25,842 nucleotides of DNA, from the IMG/VR virus record IMGVR_UViG_2609459774_000006, positions 1 to 25,842 of that record; one strand, given 5' to 3'. Shown here in pieces: positions 18,374 to 25,842 of the stretch. Source of the stretch: a virus (Duplodnaviria; Heunggongvirae; Uroviricota; Caudoviricetes). The position numbers were made by a program, and so were the translations under genes. Within the stretch, counting starts at the first letter, position 1. The number at the start of each line of letters is the position of its first letter. Below the pieces are notes generated by a model. The model made no database searches. It was not told where the DNA came from and saw only the letters and a program-made list of their open reading frames with translations.

Positions 18374-19063
18374 ATGAAAACAACACTCTCAGAAAGACTT
18401 AAAGAAGCCAGATTAGCGCGAGGCCTTACACAAAAGGCGCTTGGGGATTTGGTCGGGGTTAGCCAAGCTGCTATTCAGAAAATCGAAACAGGGAAAGCTA
18501 ACCAAACAACTAAAATCGTGGAGATCGCGAACGCTTTGGGTGTGCGCGCAGAATGGTTATCTTCTGGCGTTGGAAATATGTCAGACAGTACAGTGCAACC
18601 AATACAATCAACTGTCAGCCATTCCAAATACTTTAAGATTGACGTTCTTGATATAGAAGTGAGTGCCGGGCCGGGAGTCATCAACCGTGAATTTGTAGAA
18701 GTTCTACGCTCGGTTGAGTACTCGTTTGACGATGCTCGTCACATGTTCGATGGCAGGAAGGCGGAAAATATCCGCATCATTAACGTGCGTGGTGACAGCA
18801 TGTCAGGAACGATCGAACCAGGTGATCTGCTGTTCGTTGATATCACGGTTAAATCTTTCGACGGTGATGGTATCTATGCGTTTCTGTACGACGACACAGC
18901 CCATGTAAAGCGCCTGCAAATGATGAAAGATAAGCTACTGGTTATCTCTGATAACAAGAGCTACTCACCGTGGGACCCGATCGAGAAAGACGAGATGAAC
19001 CGGGTGTTCATTTTCGGGAAGGTTATTGGCAGTATGCCGCAGACGTATAGGAAACACGGATAA
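18374..19063 (+). CDS. cI: CI-type repressor with N-terminal HTH and C-terminal S24 (LexA-like) autopeptidase domain, ~229 aa
   Basis: HTH ..LTQKALGDLVGVSQAAIQKIETGK..; S24 motifs ..VRGDSMSGTIEPGDLLFVD.. and ..HVKRL..; the ORF track starts earlier at 18308 inside the operator. Confidence 0.85.
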   Translation: MKTTLSERLKEARLARGLTQKALGDLVGVSQAAIQKIETGKANQTTKIVEIANALGVRAEWLSSGVGNMSDSTVQPIQSTVSHSKYFKIDVLDIEVSAGPGVINREFVEVLRSVEYSFDDARHMFDGRKAENIRIINVRGDSMSGTIEPGDLLFVDITVKSFDGDGIYAFLYDDTAHVKRLQMMKDKLLVISDNKSYSPWDPIEKDEMNRVFIFGKVIGSMPQTYRKHG

Positions 19064-19142
19064 TCAGCTGCGTGCTGATGAGGCTTTTGGGTAATGCGCT
19101 GAAAGAATTCTTTATAAAAATAACATTACGGGAAAGGCAAAA

Positions 19143-19412
19143 ATGAGTGATAAAAAACTTATAAAAAAATCAAATAACTGTGTAGATGCATATGCTGATG
19201 CATTTGGATATTCATCTTTTGGGGAAGATGACGATCGCTTAGGCTCCATATCTTTCTTTCAGCATGTTACAGAATGGGGCGCTGATGGTAGTAATGACAC
19301 TGAAAACGTAAAGTACAACATTGCAACAATTCGCATGACGGAAGATTTAATGCTTAAACTCGCTGACTTTATTCGCGATCAGCATGATAGAGCTAAAACC
19401 AATAAGTCATAA
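19143..19412 (+). CDS. Unknown acidic 89-aa protein in the immunity operon (rexA position)
   Basis: ORF with SD GGAAAGG before ATG, same strand as cI; no recognisable family. Confidence 0.5.
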   Translation: MSDKKLIKKSNNCVDAYADAFGYSSFGEDDDRLGSISFFQHVTEWGADGSNDTENVKYNIATIRMTEDLMLKLADFIRDQHDRAKTNKS

Positions 19413-19420
19413 TATTAACA

Positions 19421-19861
19421 ATGAAACACGGTTATTACGAAGCTCCAAACCTAACTGAAAAGCTTGAACAAGCGGCAAGATCATCATCTTTGCACACTGC
19501 AGCATTTTCTCAATCAGCTGGTATGTCTGGCGGTAATGTACCTATGCTACAATCAAGTGGTAGCGGTGGCTCTGGGAGTAATAATGTGCTTGAATCGAAA
19601 GTTGCAAAGCTTGAGTCTGATGTGTCCTATATCCGACGTGACGTTGATGAGCTTAAGACAGATGTCAAATCTATCGACAGAAACATGATCGCTGTTCTGG
19701 AGCGACTCGATTCAATAAAAGATTCACTAGCCAAAAAACCCTCCATCGATGCTGTCGATAGAAAGATTTCAGACGCAAAGCTTGCGGTATTGCTTGGTGT
19801 TCCAGCAATCATCGCTGCAGGAACAGGTCTTTATAAGCTATCAATGTACTTTTTTCTTTAG
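19421..19861 (+). CDS. Unknown 146-aa protein: Ser/Gly-rich N-terminus, coiled-coil, C-terminal transmembrane anchor (rexB position)
   Basis: ..VAKLESDVSYIRRDVDELKTDVKSIDRNMIAVLERLDSIKD.. then hydrophobic tail LAVLLGVPAIIAAGTGLYKLSMYFFL; starts 9 bp after the previous gene. Confidence 0.55.
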   Translation: MKHGYYEAPNLTEKLEQAARSSSLHTAAFSQSAGMSGGNVPMLQSSGSGGSGSNNVLESKVAKLESDVSYIRRDVDELKTDVKSIDRNMIAVLERLDSIKDSLAKKPSIDAVDRKISDAKLAVLLGVPAIIAAGTGLYKLSMYFFL

Positions 19862-19936
19862 TGCTTAAGAAACTGCTCGCCACCTTGCATTACGCAAAGC
19901 GATTTTTCATTCCCTATTACCCTTTCTTATCCATCT

Positions 19937-19966
19937 AAACCCGGCCCCAGTGCCGGGTTTTCTTTT
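19937..19966 (+). terminator. Intrinsic terminator ending the immunity operon
   Basis: Stem acccggc/gccgggt with 6-nt loop followed by TTTTCTTTT. Confidence 0.6.
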
Positions 19967-20080
19967 GCCTCCCCTCATCACACAAACCGTTCAAAAAACC
20001 ACCACAACCTCGCTTCAGTTATCGCTATGCGATGCAAGTCACAAAATAAATCCATCTTAAATACAACCAGTTATATCTAA

Positions 20081-20140
20081 AACAACCAATAAAACAACTT
20101 TTGTTGTTGACGATAAAACAACTATAGTTTTAAATGAATT
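20081..20140 (+). promoter_or_regulatory. Putative pL/oL: -35 TTGACG (20107-20112), 17-bp spacer, -10 TTAAAT (20130-20135), overlapped by AACAAC-TTTT-GTTGTT dyad
   Basis: Hexamers and spacing read from the sequence; same half-site as the cro-cI operators. Confidence 0.4.
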
Positions 20141-20208
20141 CATCGCAACAACACAACGATACGGCAATCACCTGATTCACCGTTGCGATGACCGCTTAGA
20201 TCCGCAGC

Positions 20209-20619
20209 TTGAATTTCAGCAGGCTCCGGGGAGTGCGAGGGGTGAAGCGGACGCGTGAACGTCGGTGTGACCAGCTGAAATCAACTCAACACTTCATACC
20301 TCAGTCGCTTCAACGAGGCGACTTAGTTATGACAACCGGCGGCCATCCACCGCCTGAATACGCGCAGAAGTCTCTATATGTTCAGCAGCCCAGCTTACGG
20401 GCAGGAGTTTTTATGGTTCATCAACATTACGGAACGCAGACCGTTAATCGAGGTGCGGTCATGCCAGGAATGCTGGTCAAACACAAAGATGGTACCTGGA
20501 CTGCATCAGCTAATTTACGCGGACGGCTATATCTGCATCGCGGCATCGAGCGCACTTATACCCGTGATTTGCTCGTGGAAGTTTTTCTCGACGGACGCGG
20601 TAACGGCCTGAATCACTAA
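20209..20619 (+). CDS. Hypothetical protein at the N/kil position of the leftward operon (TTG start in track; ATG alternatives at 20329 and 20414)
   Basis: Open frame between pL and gam; Arg-rich N-terminal stretch [15 protein letters not shown] if translated from the TTG. Confidence 0.35.
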   Translation: MNFSRLRGVRGVKRTRERRCDQLKSTQHFIPQSLQRGDLVMTTGGHPPPEYAQKSLYVQQPSLRAGVFMVHQHYGTQTVNRGAVMPGMLVKHKDGTWTASANLRGRLYLHRGIERTYTRDLLVEVFLDGRGNGLNH

Positions 20620-20694
20620 TCCCCTTTCCTGTTTTCCTAATCAGCCTGGCATTTCGCGGGCGATATTTTCACAGCCATTTTCAGGAGTTCAGCC

Positions 20695-20991
20695 ATGAAC
20701 GCTTATTACATTCAGGATCGTCTTGAGGCTCAGAGCTGGGCACGTCACTACCAGCAGATCGCCCGTGAAGAGAAAGAGGCAGAACTGGCAGACGACATGG
20801 AAAAAGGCCTGCCCCAGCACCTGTTTGAATCGCTATGCATCGATCATTTGCAACGCCACGGGGCCAGCAAAAAAGCCATTACCCGTGCGTTTGATGACGA
20901 TGTTGAGTTTCAGGAGCGCATGGCAGAACACATCCGGTACATGGTTGAAATCATTGCTCACCACCAGTTTGATATTGATTCAGAGGTATAA
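20695..20991 (+). CDS. gam: Gam, RecBCD inhibitor (short form), 98 aa
   Basis: [60 protein letters not shown]... matches lambda Gam. Confidence 0.9.
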   Translation: MNAYYIQDRLEAQSWARHYQQIAREEKEAELADDMEKGLPQHLFESLCIDHLQRHGASKKAITRAFDDDVEFQERMAEHIRYMVEIIAHHQFDIDSEV

Positions 20992-20996
20992 AACGG

Positions 20997-21782
20997 ATGA
21001 GTACAGCACTCGCAACGCTGGCAGGGAAGCTGGCTGAACGTGTCGGCATGGATTCTGTCGACCCACAGGAACTGATCACCACTCTTCGCCAGACGGCATT
21101 TAAAGGTGATGCCAGCGATGCGCAGTTCATCGCATTGTTGATCGTCGCCAACCAGTACGGCCTTAATCCGTGGACGAAAGAAATTTACGCCTTCCCTGAT
21201 AAGCAGAACGGCATTGTTCCGGTGGTGGGCGTTGATGGCTGGTCCCGCATCATCAATGAAAACCAGCAGTTTGATGGTATGGACTTTGAGCAGGACAATG
21301 AATCCTGTACATGCCGGATTTACCGCAAGGACCGCAATCATCCGATCTGCGTCACCGAGTGGATGGATGAATGCCGCCGCGAACCATTCAAAACCCGCGA
21401 AGGCAGAGAAATCACGGGGCCGTGGCAGTCGCATCCCAAACGGATGTTACGGCATAAAGCCATGATTCAGTGTGCCCGTCTGGCCTTCGGATTTGCTGGT
21501 ATCTATGACAAGGATGAAGCCGAGCGCATTGTCGAAAATACCGCATACACTGCAGAACGTCAGCCGGAACGCGACATCACTCCGGTTAACGATGAAACCA
21601 TGCAGGAGATTAACACTCTGCTGATTGCCCTGGATAAAACATGGGATGACGACTTATTGCCGCTCTGTTCCCAGATATTTCGCCGCGACATTCGCGCATC
21701 GTCAGAACTGACACAGGCCGAAGCAGTGAAAGCTCTTGGATTCCTGAAACAGAAAGCCTCTGAGCAGAAGGTGGCTGCATGA
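20997..21782 (+). CDS. bet: Bet (Red-beta) single-strand annealing protein, 261 aa
   Basis: [66 protein letters not shown]... matches lambda Bet. Confidence 0.95.
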   Translation: MSTALATLAGKLAERVGMDSVDPQELITTLRQTAFKGDASDAQFIALLIVANQYGLNPWTKEIYAFPDKQNGIVPVVGVDGWSRIINENQQFDGMDFEQDNESCTCRIYRKDRNHPICVTEWMDECRREPFKTREGREITGPWQSHPKRMLRHKAMIQCARLAFGFAGIYDKDEAERIVENTAYTAERQPERDITPVNDETMQEINTLLIALDKTWDDDLLPLCSQIFRRDIRASSELTQAEAVKALGFLKQKASEQKVAA

Positions 21783-22459
21783 CACCGGACATTATCCTGC
21801 AGCGTACCGGGATCGACGTGAGAGCTGTCGAACAGGGAGATGATGCGTGGAACAAATTACGACTCGGCGTCATCACGGCTTCAGAAGTTCACAATGTGAT
21901 AGCAAAACCCCGCTCCGGTAAAAAGTGGCCTGACATGAAAATGTCCTACTTTCACACCCTGCTGGCTGAGATTTGCACCGGTGTGGCTCCGGAAGTTAAC
22001 GCTAAGGCGCTGGCCTGGGGAAAACAGTACGAGAATGACGCCAGAGCCCTGTTTGAGTTTACTTCCGGCGTGAATGTTACTGAATCCCCGATCATCTATC
22101 GCGACGAAAGTATGCGCACCGCCTGCTCTCCCGATGGTTTATGCAGTGACGGCAACGGCCTTGAGCTGAAATGCCCGTTTACCTCCCGGGATTTCATGAA
22201 GTTCCGGCTCGGTGGTTTCGAGGCCATAAAGTCGGCTTACATGGCCCAGGTGCAGTACAGCATGTGGGTGACACGAAAAGATGCCTGGTACTTTGCCAAC
22301 TATGACCCGCGTATGAAGCGTGAAGGACTGCATTATGTCGTGGTTGAGCGGGATGAAAAGTACATGGCGAGTTTTGACGAGATGGTGCCGGAGTTCATCG
22401 AAAAAATGGACGAGGCACTGGCTGAAATTGGTTTTGTATTTGGGGAGCAATGGCGATGA
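21779..22459 (+). CDS. exo: Exo (Red-alpha) 5'-3' exonuclease, 226 aa
   Basis: [64 protein letters not shown]... matches lambda Exo; overlaps bet by 4 bp. Confidence 0.95.
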   Translation: MTPDIILQRTGIDVRAVEQGDDAWNKLRLGVITASEVHNVIAKPRSGKKWPDMKMSYFHTLLAEICTGVAPEVNAKALAWGKQYENDARALFEFTSGVNVTESPIIYRDESMRTACSPDGLCSDGNGLELKCPFTSRDFMKFRLGGFEAIKSAYMAQVQYSMWVTRKDAWYFANYDPRMKREGLHYVVVERDEKYMASFDEMVPEFIEKMDEALAEIGFVFGEQWR

Positions 22460-22614
22460 CGCATCCTCACGATAATATCCGGGTAGGCGCGATCACTTTC
22501 GTCTACTCCATTACAAAGCGAGGCTGGGTATTTCCCGGCCTTTCTGTTATCAGAAATCCACTGAAAGCACAGCGGCTGGCTGAGAAGATAAATAATAAAC
22601 AGGAGGATATATGA
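22456..22614 (+). CDS. Small hypothetical protein (52 aa) bridging exo and the DGQHR gene
   Basis: Hand translation [52 protein letters not shown]; ATGA overlaps at both ends. Confidence 0.4.
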   Translation: MTHPHDNIRVGAITFVYSITKRGWVFPGLSVIRNPLKAQRLAEKINNKQEDI

Positions 22615-23675
22615 GTCAGGTTGGTAATCATTCATTCGAATTTCCGGCATCGCAAGGTGTACAGGGTGGTACTGTTACACTCTTCCTTACCATACCAGGA
22701 AGATCGCTGGCTCGTTTCCTCGCTTCAGATAATTACGGCCATACACTGGAACGCTCTCAGCGAGAAATTAATCCAAATCGAGTACGAAAATTTTTAAATT
22801 ATCTCACTAACGCAGACTCAAGAAATGAGTCTTTTATCATTCCCCCTCTCGTAGGTAACTGTGATTCGAATATAGAATTTGTACCGTTTGGCAACACAAA
22901 TGTTGGTATAGCCAGAATTCCCCTCGACGCCGAAATAAAACTTTTTGATGGCCAACATCGTGCAGCTGGCATTGAGATATTTTGCCGAAGTTCCCCATCA
23001 ACGCTCATGGTTCCCATGATGCTTACAATGAATCTGCCGCTAAAAACCCGGCAGCAGTTCTTTTCGGACATAAATAACAACGTTTCTAAGCCATCAGCGA
23101 CCATCAATATGGCGTATAACGGCCGGGATGATATTGCTCAGGGAATGATATCCTTCCTGACCCAACATACTGTATTTGCCGATATAACCGATTTTGAACA
23201 CAACGTAGTGCCATTAAAAAGTAATATGTGGGTGAGTTTCAAGGCACTCACTGATGCAACGTCAAAGTTTGCTAGGAACGGCAATCAACAACTTGAAATG
23301 GGATATATAGAATCTGTCTGGGAGGCATGGATTACACTAACTCAGATTGACTCAATCCGACATGGTGTACACCACGCTACGTACAAGCGCGATTATATTC
23401 AGTTCCATGGAGTAATGATTAACGCTTTCGGTTTTGCGGTTCAACAGATGATGGTTAATCATTCCATCGCAGAAATAACTTCTATGATCGAAAAACTCTG
23501 TGCAACTACCAGCTCTGCAGAAAGAGAGGATTTTTTTCTGATGGATAACTGGGCGGGGATCTGCACGAAAGCCAGCCAGGAAAAACTATCGGTTATTGCC
23601 AATGTGGCAGCGCAGAAAGCAGCAGCAAACAGACTGATACAAGCTTTTACCAAAGGAAGTCTGGAAACAACTTAA
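22611..23675 (+). CDS. DGQHR-domain protein (DndB-like, ParB/sulfiredoxin-fold superfamily), 354 aa
   Basis: Literal motif ..AEIKLFDGQHRAAGIEIF.. in a 354-aa ORF; family assignment from motif only. Confidence 0.65.
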   Translation: MSQVGNHSFEFPASQGVQGGTVTLFLTIPGRSLARFLASDNYGHTLERSQREINPNRVRKFLNYLTNADSRNESFIIPPLVGNCDSNIEFVPFGNTNVGIARIPLDAEIKLFDGQHRAAGIEIFCRSSPSTLMVPMMLTMNLPLKTRQQFFSDINNNVSKPSATINMAYNGRDDIAQGMISFLTQHTVFADITDFEHNVVPLKSNMWVSFKALTDATSKFARNGNQQLEMGYIESVWEAWITLTQIDSIRHGVHHATYKRDYIQFHGVMINAFGFAVQQMMVNHSIAEITSMIEKLCATTSSAEREDFFLMDNWAGICTKASQEKLSVIANVAAQKAAANRLIQAFTKGSLETT

Positions 23676-23752
23676 TGAATCAACATTGTCTCATATCAGC
23701 ATGCTGTACGGCGTCTTTAAGGAACGGTGAGCATGAAAAACAAAATCATCAT

Positions 23753-23776
23753 GGAGCTACAGGCTCCTTTTTTATT
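23753..23776 (+). terminator. Intrinsic terminator downstream of the DGQHR gene
   Basis: Stem ggagc/gctcc with 5-nt loop followed by TTTTTT. Confidence 0.5.
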
Positions 23777-23828
23777 ATTCGCATTCACCCTCAAGCGTAT
23801 TAACCAACAATTCAGGGATTAATGAAAG

Positions 23829-24047
23829 ATGGCAGACATCATTGATTCAGCATCAGAAATTGAAGAATTACAGCGCAACACAGCAATAAAAATGCGCCGC
23901 CTGAACCACCAGGCTATATCTGCCACTCATTGTTGTGAGTGTGGCGATCCGCTAGATGAACGAAGACGCCTGGCCGTTCAGGGTTGTCGGACTTGTGCAA
24001 GTTGCCAGGAGGAGATCGAACTTAAGAACAAACAATGGGGACTGTGA
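23829..24047 (+). CDS. TraR/DksA-family C4 zinc-finger protein, 72 aa
   Basis: ..CCECGDPLDERRRLAVQGCRTCASCQEE.. four-Cys motif typical of phage TraR homologues. Confidence 0.75.
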   Translation: MADIIDSASEIEELQRNTAIKMRRLNHQAISATHCCECGDPLDERRRLAVQGCRTCASCQEEIELKNKQWGL

Positions 24048-24094
24048 TGGCCTCAAAGCAGCAAATTTCAACATCGTCCAACTGAGGTGTAAAA

Positions 24095-24334
24095 ATGTTC
24101 AGAATCATTTTTCCTAACACCTGGTACGTCGACCACCACGGCACTCCCTGCAAAATCCTGCGTTCTACCCACAACAAAGTTCACTACATCCGAAAAGGCA
24201 GAACATGTATCGCCAGCATGTTCCGCTTTAATCATGACTTTGAACCTGTGAATAAAGCTGATGCAGATCGGATAGCAGAAGAGATCGAAACGGCAGAACA
24301 CATTAAGAAGTTACGTGCCATACGCAGGAAATAG
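24095..24334 (+). CDS. Hypothetical protein, 79 aa
   Basis: ORF in operon context between traR-like and xis-like genes; no recognised family. Confidence 0.4.
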   Translation: MFRIIFPNTWYVDHHGTPCKILRSTHNKVHYIRKGRTCIASMFRFNHDFEPVNKADADRIAEEIETAEHIKKLRAIRRK

Positions 24335-24473
24335 AAAAATTGATAAATTCAATACTGCATTTCTCAGCATTAAATTTATCTCTATGACCAGTCAAGAGAT
24401 GTACCTGCCATGAGCTTAATATCATGTCAGATATATCGGTCACAAACTCCCTCAGCAGCTAAGAGGAGGACAA

Positions 24474-24710
24474 ATGTCTCGACTAATCACTTTACAGGAC
24501 TGGGCTAAAGAAGAATTTGGGGACTTAGCACCAAGTGAGCGAGTTCTGAAAAAATACGCGCAAGGGAAAATGATGGCCCCACCCGCTATAAAAGTTGGTC
24601 GCTACTGGATGATTGACCGAAATTCCCGTTTTGTAGGAACGCTGGCAGAACCGCAACTCCCAATAAACGCAAACCCAAAACTCCAACGGATAATCGCTGA
24701 TGGCTGCTAG
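24474..24710 (+). CDS. xis: Excisionase-like DNA-binding protein, 78 aa
   Basis: MSRLITLQDWAKEEFG.. small protein immediately upstream of and overlapping the integrase gene; SD AGGAGG. Confidence 0.65.
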   Translation: MSRLITLQDWAKEEFGDLAPSERVLKKYAQGKMMAPPAIKVGRYWMIDRNSRFVGTLAEPQLPINANPKLQRIIADGC

Positions 24711-25842
24711 ACCCCGATCTCACAAAATCTCTATACCCAATTTATATTGCAAATTAGATAAGCGAACCGGAAAGGTATATTGGCAATACAAACATCCACT
24801 ATCCGGTCGTTTTCATAGCTTAGGAACTGATGAGAATGAAGCAAAACAAGTTGCTACTGAAGCAAATACCATTATTGCTGAACAACGTACCAGACAAATA
24901 TTAAGCGTCAATGAGCGTCTGGAAAGAATGAAAGGCAGGCGCTCAGACATTACGGTGACAGAATGGCTTGATAAATATATTTCTATCCAGGAGGACAGGC
25001 TGCAACATAATGAACTAAGACCCAACTCCTATCGGCAAAAAGGCAAACCCATTCGTCTTTTCCGTGAGCATTGTGGAATGCAACACCTCAAGGATATTAC
25101 CGCACTTGATATTGCCGAAATAATTGATGCTGTAAAGGCTGAAGGTCATAACAGGATGGCGCAAGTCGTGAGAATGGTGTTGATCGACGTCTTCAAAGAA
25201 GCACAACACGCAGGACATGTTCCGCCAGGATTTAACCCAGCGCAGGCAACAAAACAACCGCGAAATCGAGTAAACCGCCAAAGATTGTCACTGCCCGAAT
25301 GGCAGGCAATATTTGAAAGCGTAAGCAGACGGCAGCCCTATTTAAAATGCGGCATGCTACTTGCTCTTGTTACTGGACAACGTTTAGGCGATATCTGCAA
25401 TTTGAAATTCTCTGATATATGGGACGACATGTTGCACATTACTCAGGAAAAAACCGGTTCAAAACTTGCTATTCCGCTTAACCTGAAATGCGATGCTCTG
25501 AATATTACCCTTCGTGAAGTTATATCTCAGTGCAGGGATGCTGTTGTTAGTAAATATCTGGTCCATTACCGTCACACTACCTCTCAAGCAAACAGAGGAG
25601 ACCAGGTTTCTGCAAATACTCTGACAACGGCTTTTAAAAAGGCCAGGGAAAAATGTGGCATAAAATGGGAGCAAGGAACTGCGCCCACATTTCATGAGCA
25701 GCGATCTCTGTCAGAACGGTTATATCGGGAACAGGGTCTGGATACGCAAAAGTTGTTAGGCCATAAATCCAGAAAAATGACCGACCGATACAATGATGAT
25801 CGTGGTAAAGACTGGGTTATCGTAGATATCAAAACAGCATAG
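24700..25842 (+). CDS. int: Tyrosine recombinase / phage integrase (e14 IntE-like), 380 aa
   Basis: MAARPR..VYWQYKHPLSGRFHSLGT.. and C-terminal catalytic region ..HEQRSLSERLYREQG..LLGHKS..; stop at window end. Confidence 0.9.
   Translation: MAARPRSHKISIPNLYCKLDKRTGKVYWQYKHPLSGRFHSLGTDENEAKQVATEANTIIAEQRTRQILSVNERLERMKGRRSDITVTEWLDKYISIQEDRLQHNELRPNSYRQKGKPIRLFREHCGMQHLKDITALDIAEIIDAVKAEGHNRMAQVVRMVLIDVFKEAQHAGHVPPGFNPAQATKQPRNRVNRQRLSLPEWQAIFESVSRRQPYLKCGMLLALVTGQRLGDICNLKFSDIWDDMLHITQEKTGSKLAIPLNLKCDALNITLREVISQCRDAVVSKYLVHYRHTTSQANRGDQVSANTLTTAFKKAREKCGIKWEQGTAPTFHEQRSLSERLYREQGLDTQKLLGHKSRKMTDRYNDDRGKDWVIVDIKTA

Larger units (their letters stand above)
1692..25842. mobile_element. Decayed lambdoid/e14-type prophage integrated in icd (continues past window end; integrase at right end)
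   Basis: icd 3' duplication at left junction, IntE-like integrase at right, and cI/cro, O/P, nin, Q, lysis, red genes in lambda order in between. Confidence 0.85.

Noticed and set aside
18441-18908. Small ORFs on both strands inside the repressor gene
   Set aside because: They overlap the CI-like repressor, which has clear HTH and S24 motifs.
20378-20611. 77-aa alternative-frame ORF
   Set aside because: Overlaps the longer N-position ORF in another frame with no independent support.
20958-21876. Minus-strand ORFs of 66, 158 and 88 aa and a plus-strand 83-aa ORF
   Set aside because: All overlap bet in antisense or alternative frames.
22139-23107. Minus-strand ORFs of 103, 105 and 102 aa
   Set aside because: Antisense to exo and the DGQHR gene.
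23733-23825. 30-codon ORF (MKNKIIMELQAPFLLFAFTLKRINQQFRD) with a good SD
   Set aside because: It contains the intrinsic terminator hairpin at 23753-23776, so is more likely terminator/leader sequence than a gene; too short to judge.
24813-25695. Three minus-strand ORFs of 70-88 aa
   Set aside because: Antisense within the integrase gene.
1-25842. CRISPR arrays, rRNA genes or insertion sequences
   Set aside because: No regularly spaced short direct repeats, no rRNA-like sequence and no transposase ORF with terminal inverted repeats were seen; the only tandem repeats are the replication iterons.

Overview
This window looks like an Escherichia coli chromosomal segment: the ycgX-iraM neighbourhood, then a displaced 3' fragment of icd (icdC-type pseudogene), then a decayed lambdoid/e14-type prophage that runs to the window end at an IntE-like integrase. 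All calls are from reading the sequence and recalled protein families; no searches were run. The prophage carries, left to right: a McrBC-like two-gene restriction module, a DNA-invertase remnant, an AT-rich acyltransferase, tail-fibre and lysis remnants with an intact holin, an NmpC-like porin, Q/RusA/YbcO/NinE/NinB genes, an inserted low-GC two-gene cassette (unknown 343-aa protein plus NADAR hydrolase), a nonsense-disrupted MT-A70 methyltransferase, a scrambled O/P replication module with iterons, a YdaT/Cro/CI immunity switch, two unknown genes at the rexAB position, then Gam-Bet-Exo, a DGQHR protein, TraR, Xis and Int. The strongest candidate for an undescribed system is the overlapping 343-aa/NADAR pair at 13300-14932; the immunity-region pair (19143-19861), the DGQHR gene coupled to the Red operon, and the McrBC-like module are secondary candidates. 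No tRNA, rRNA or CRISPR array was found.
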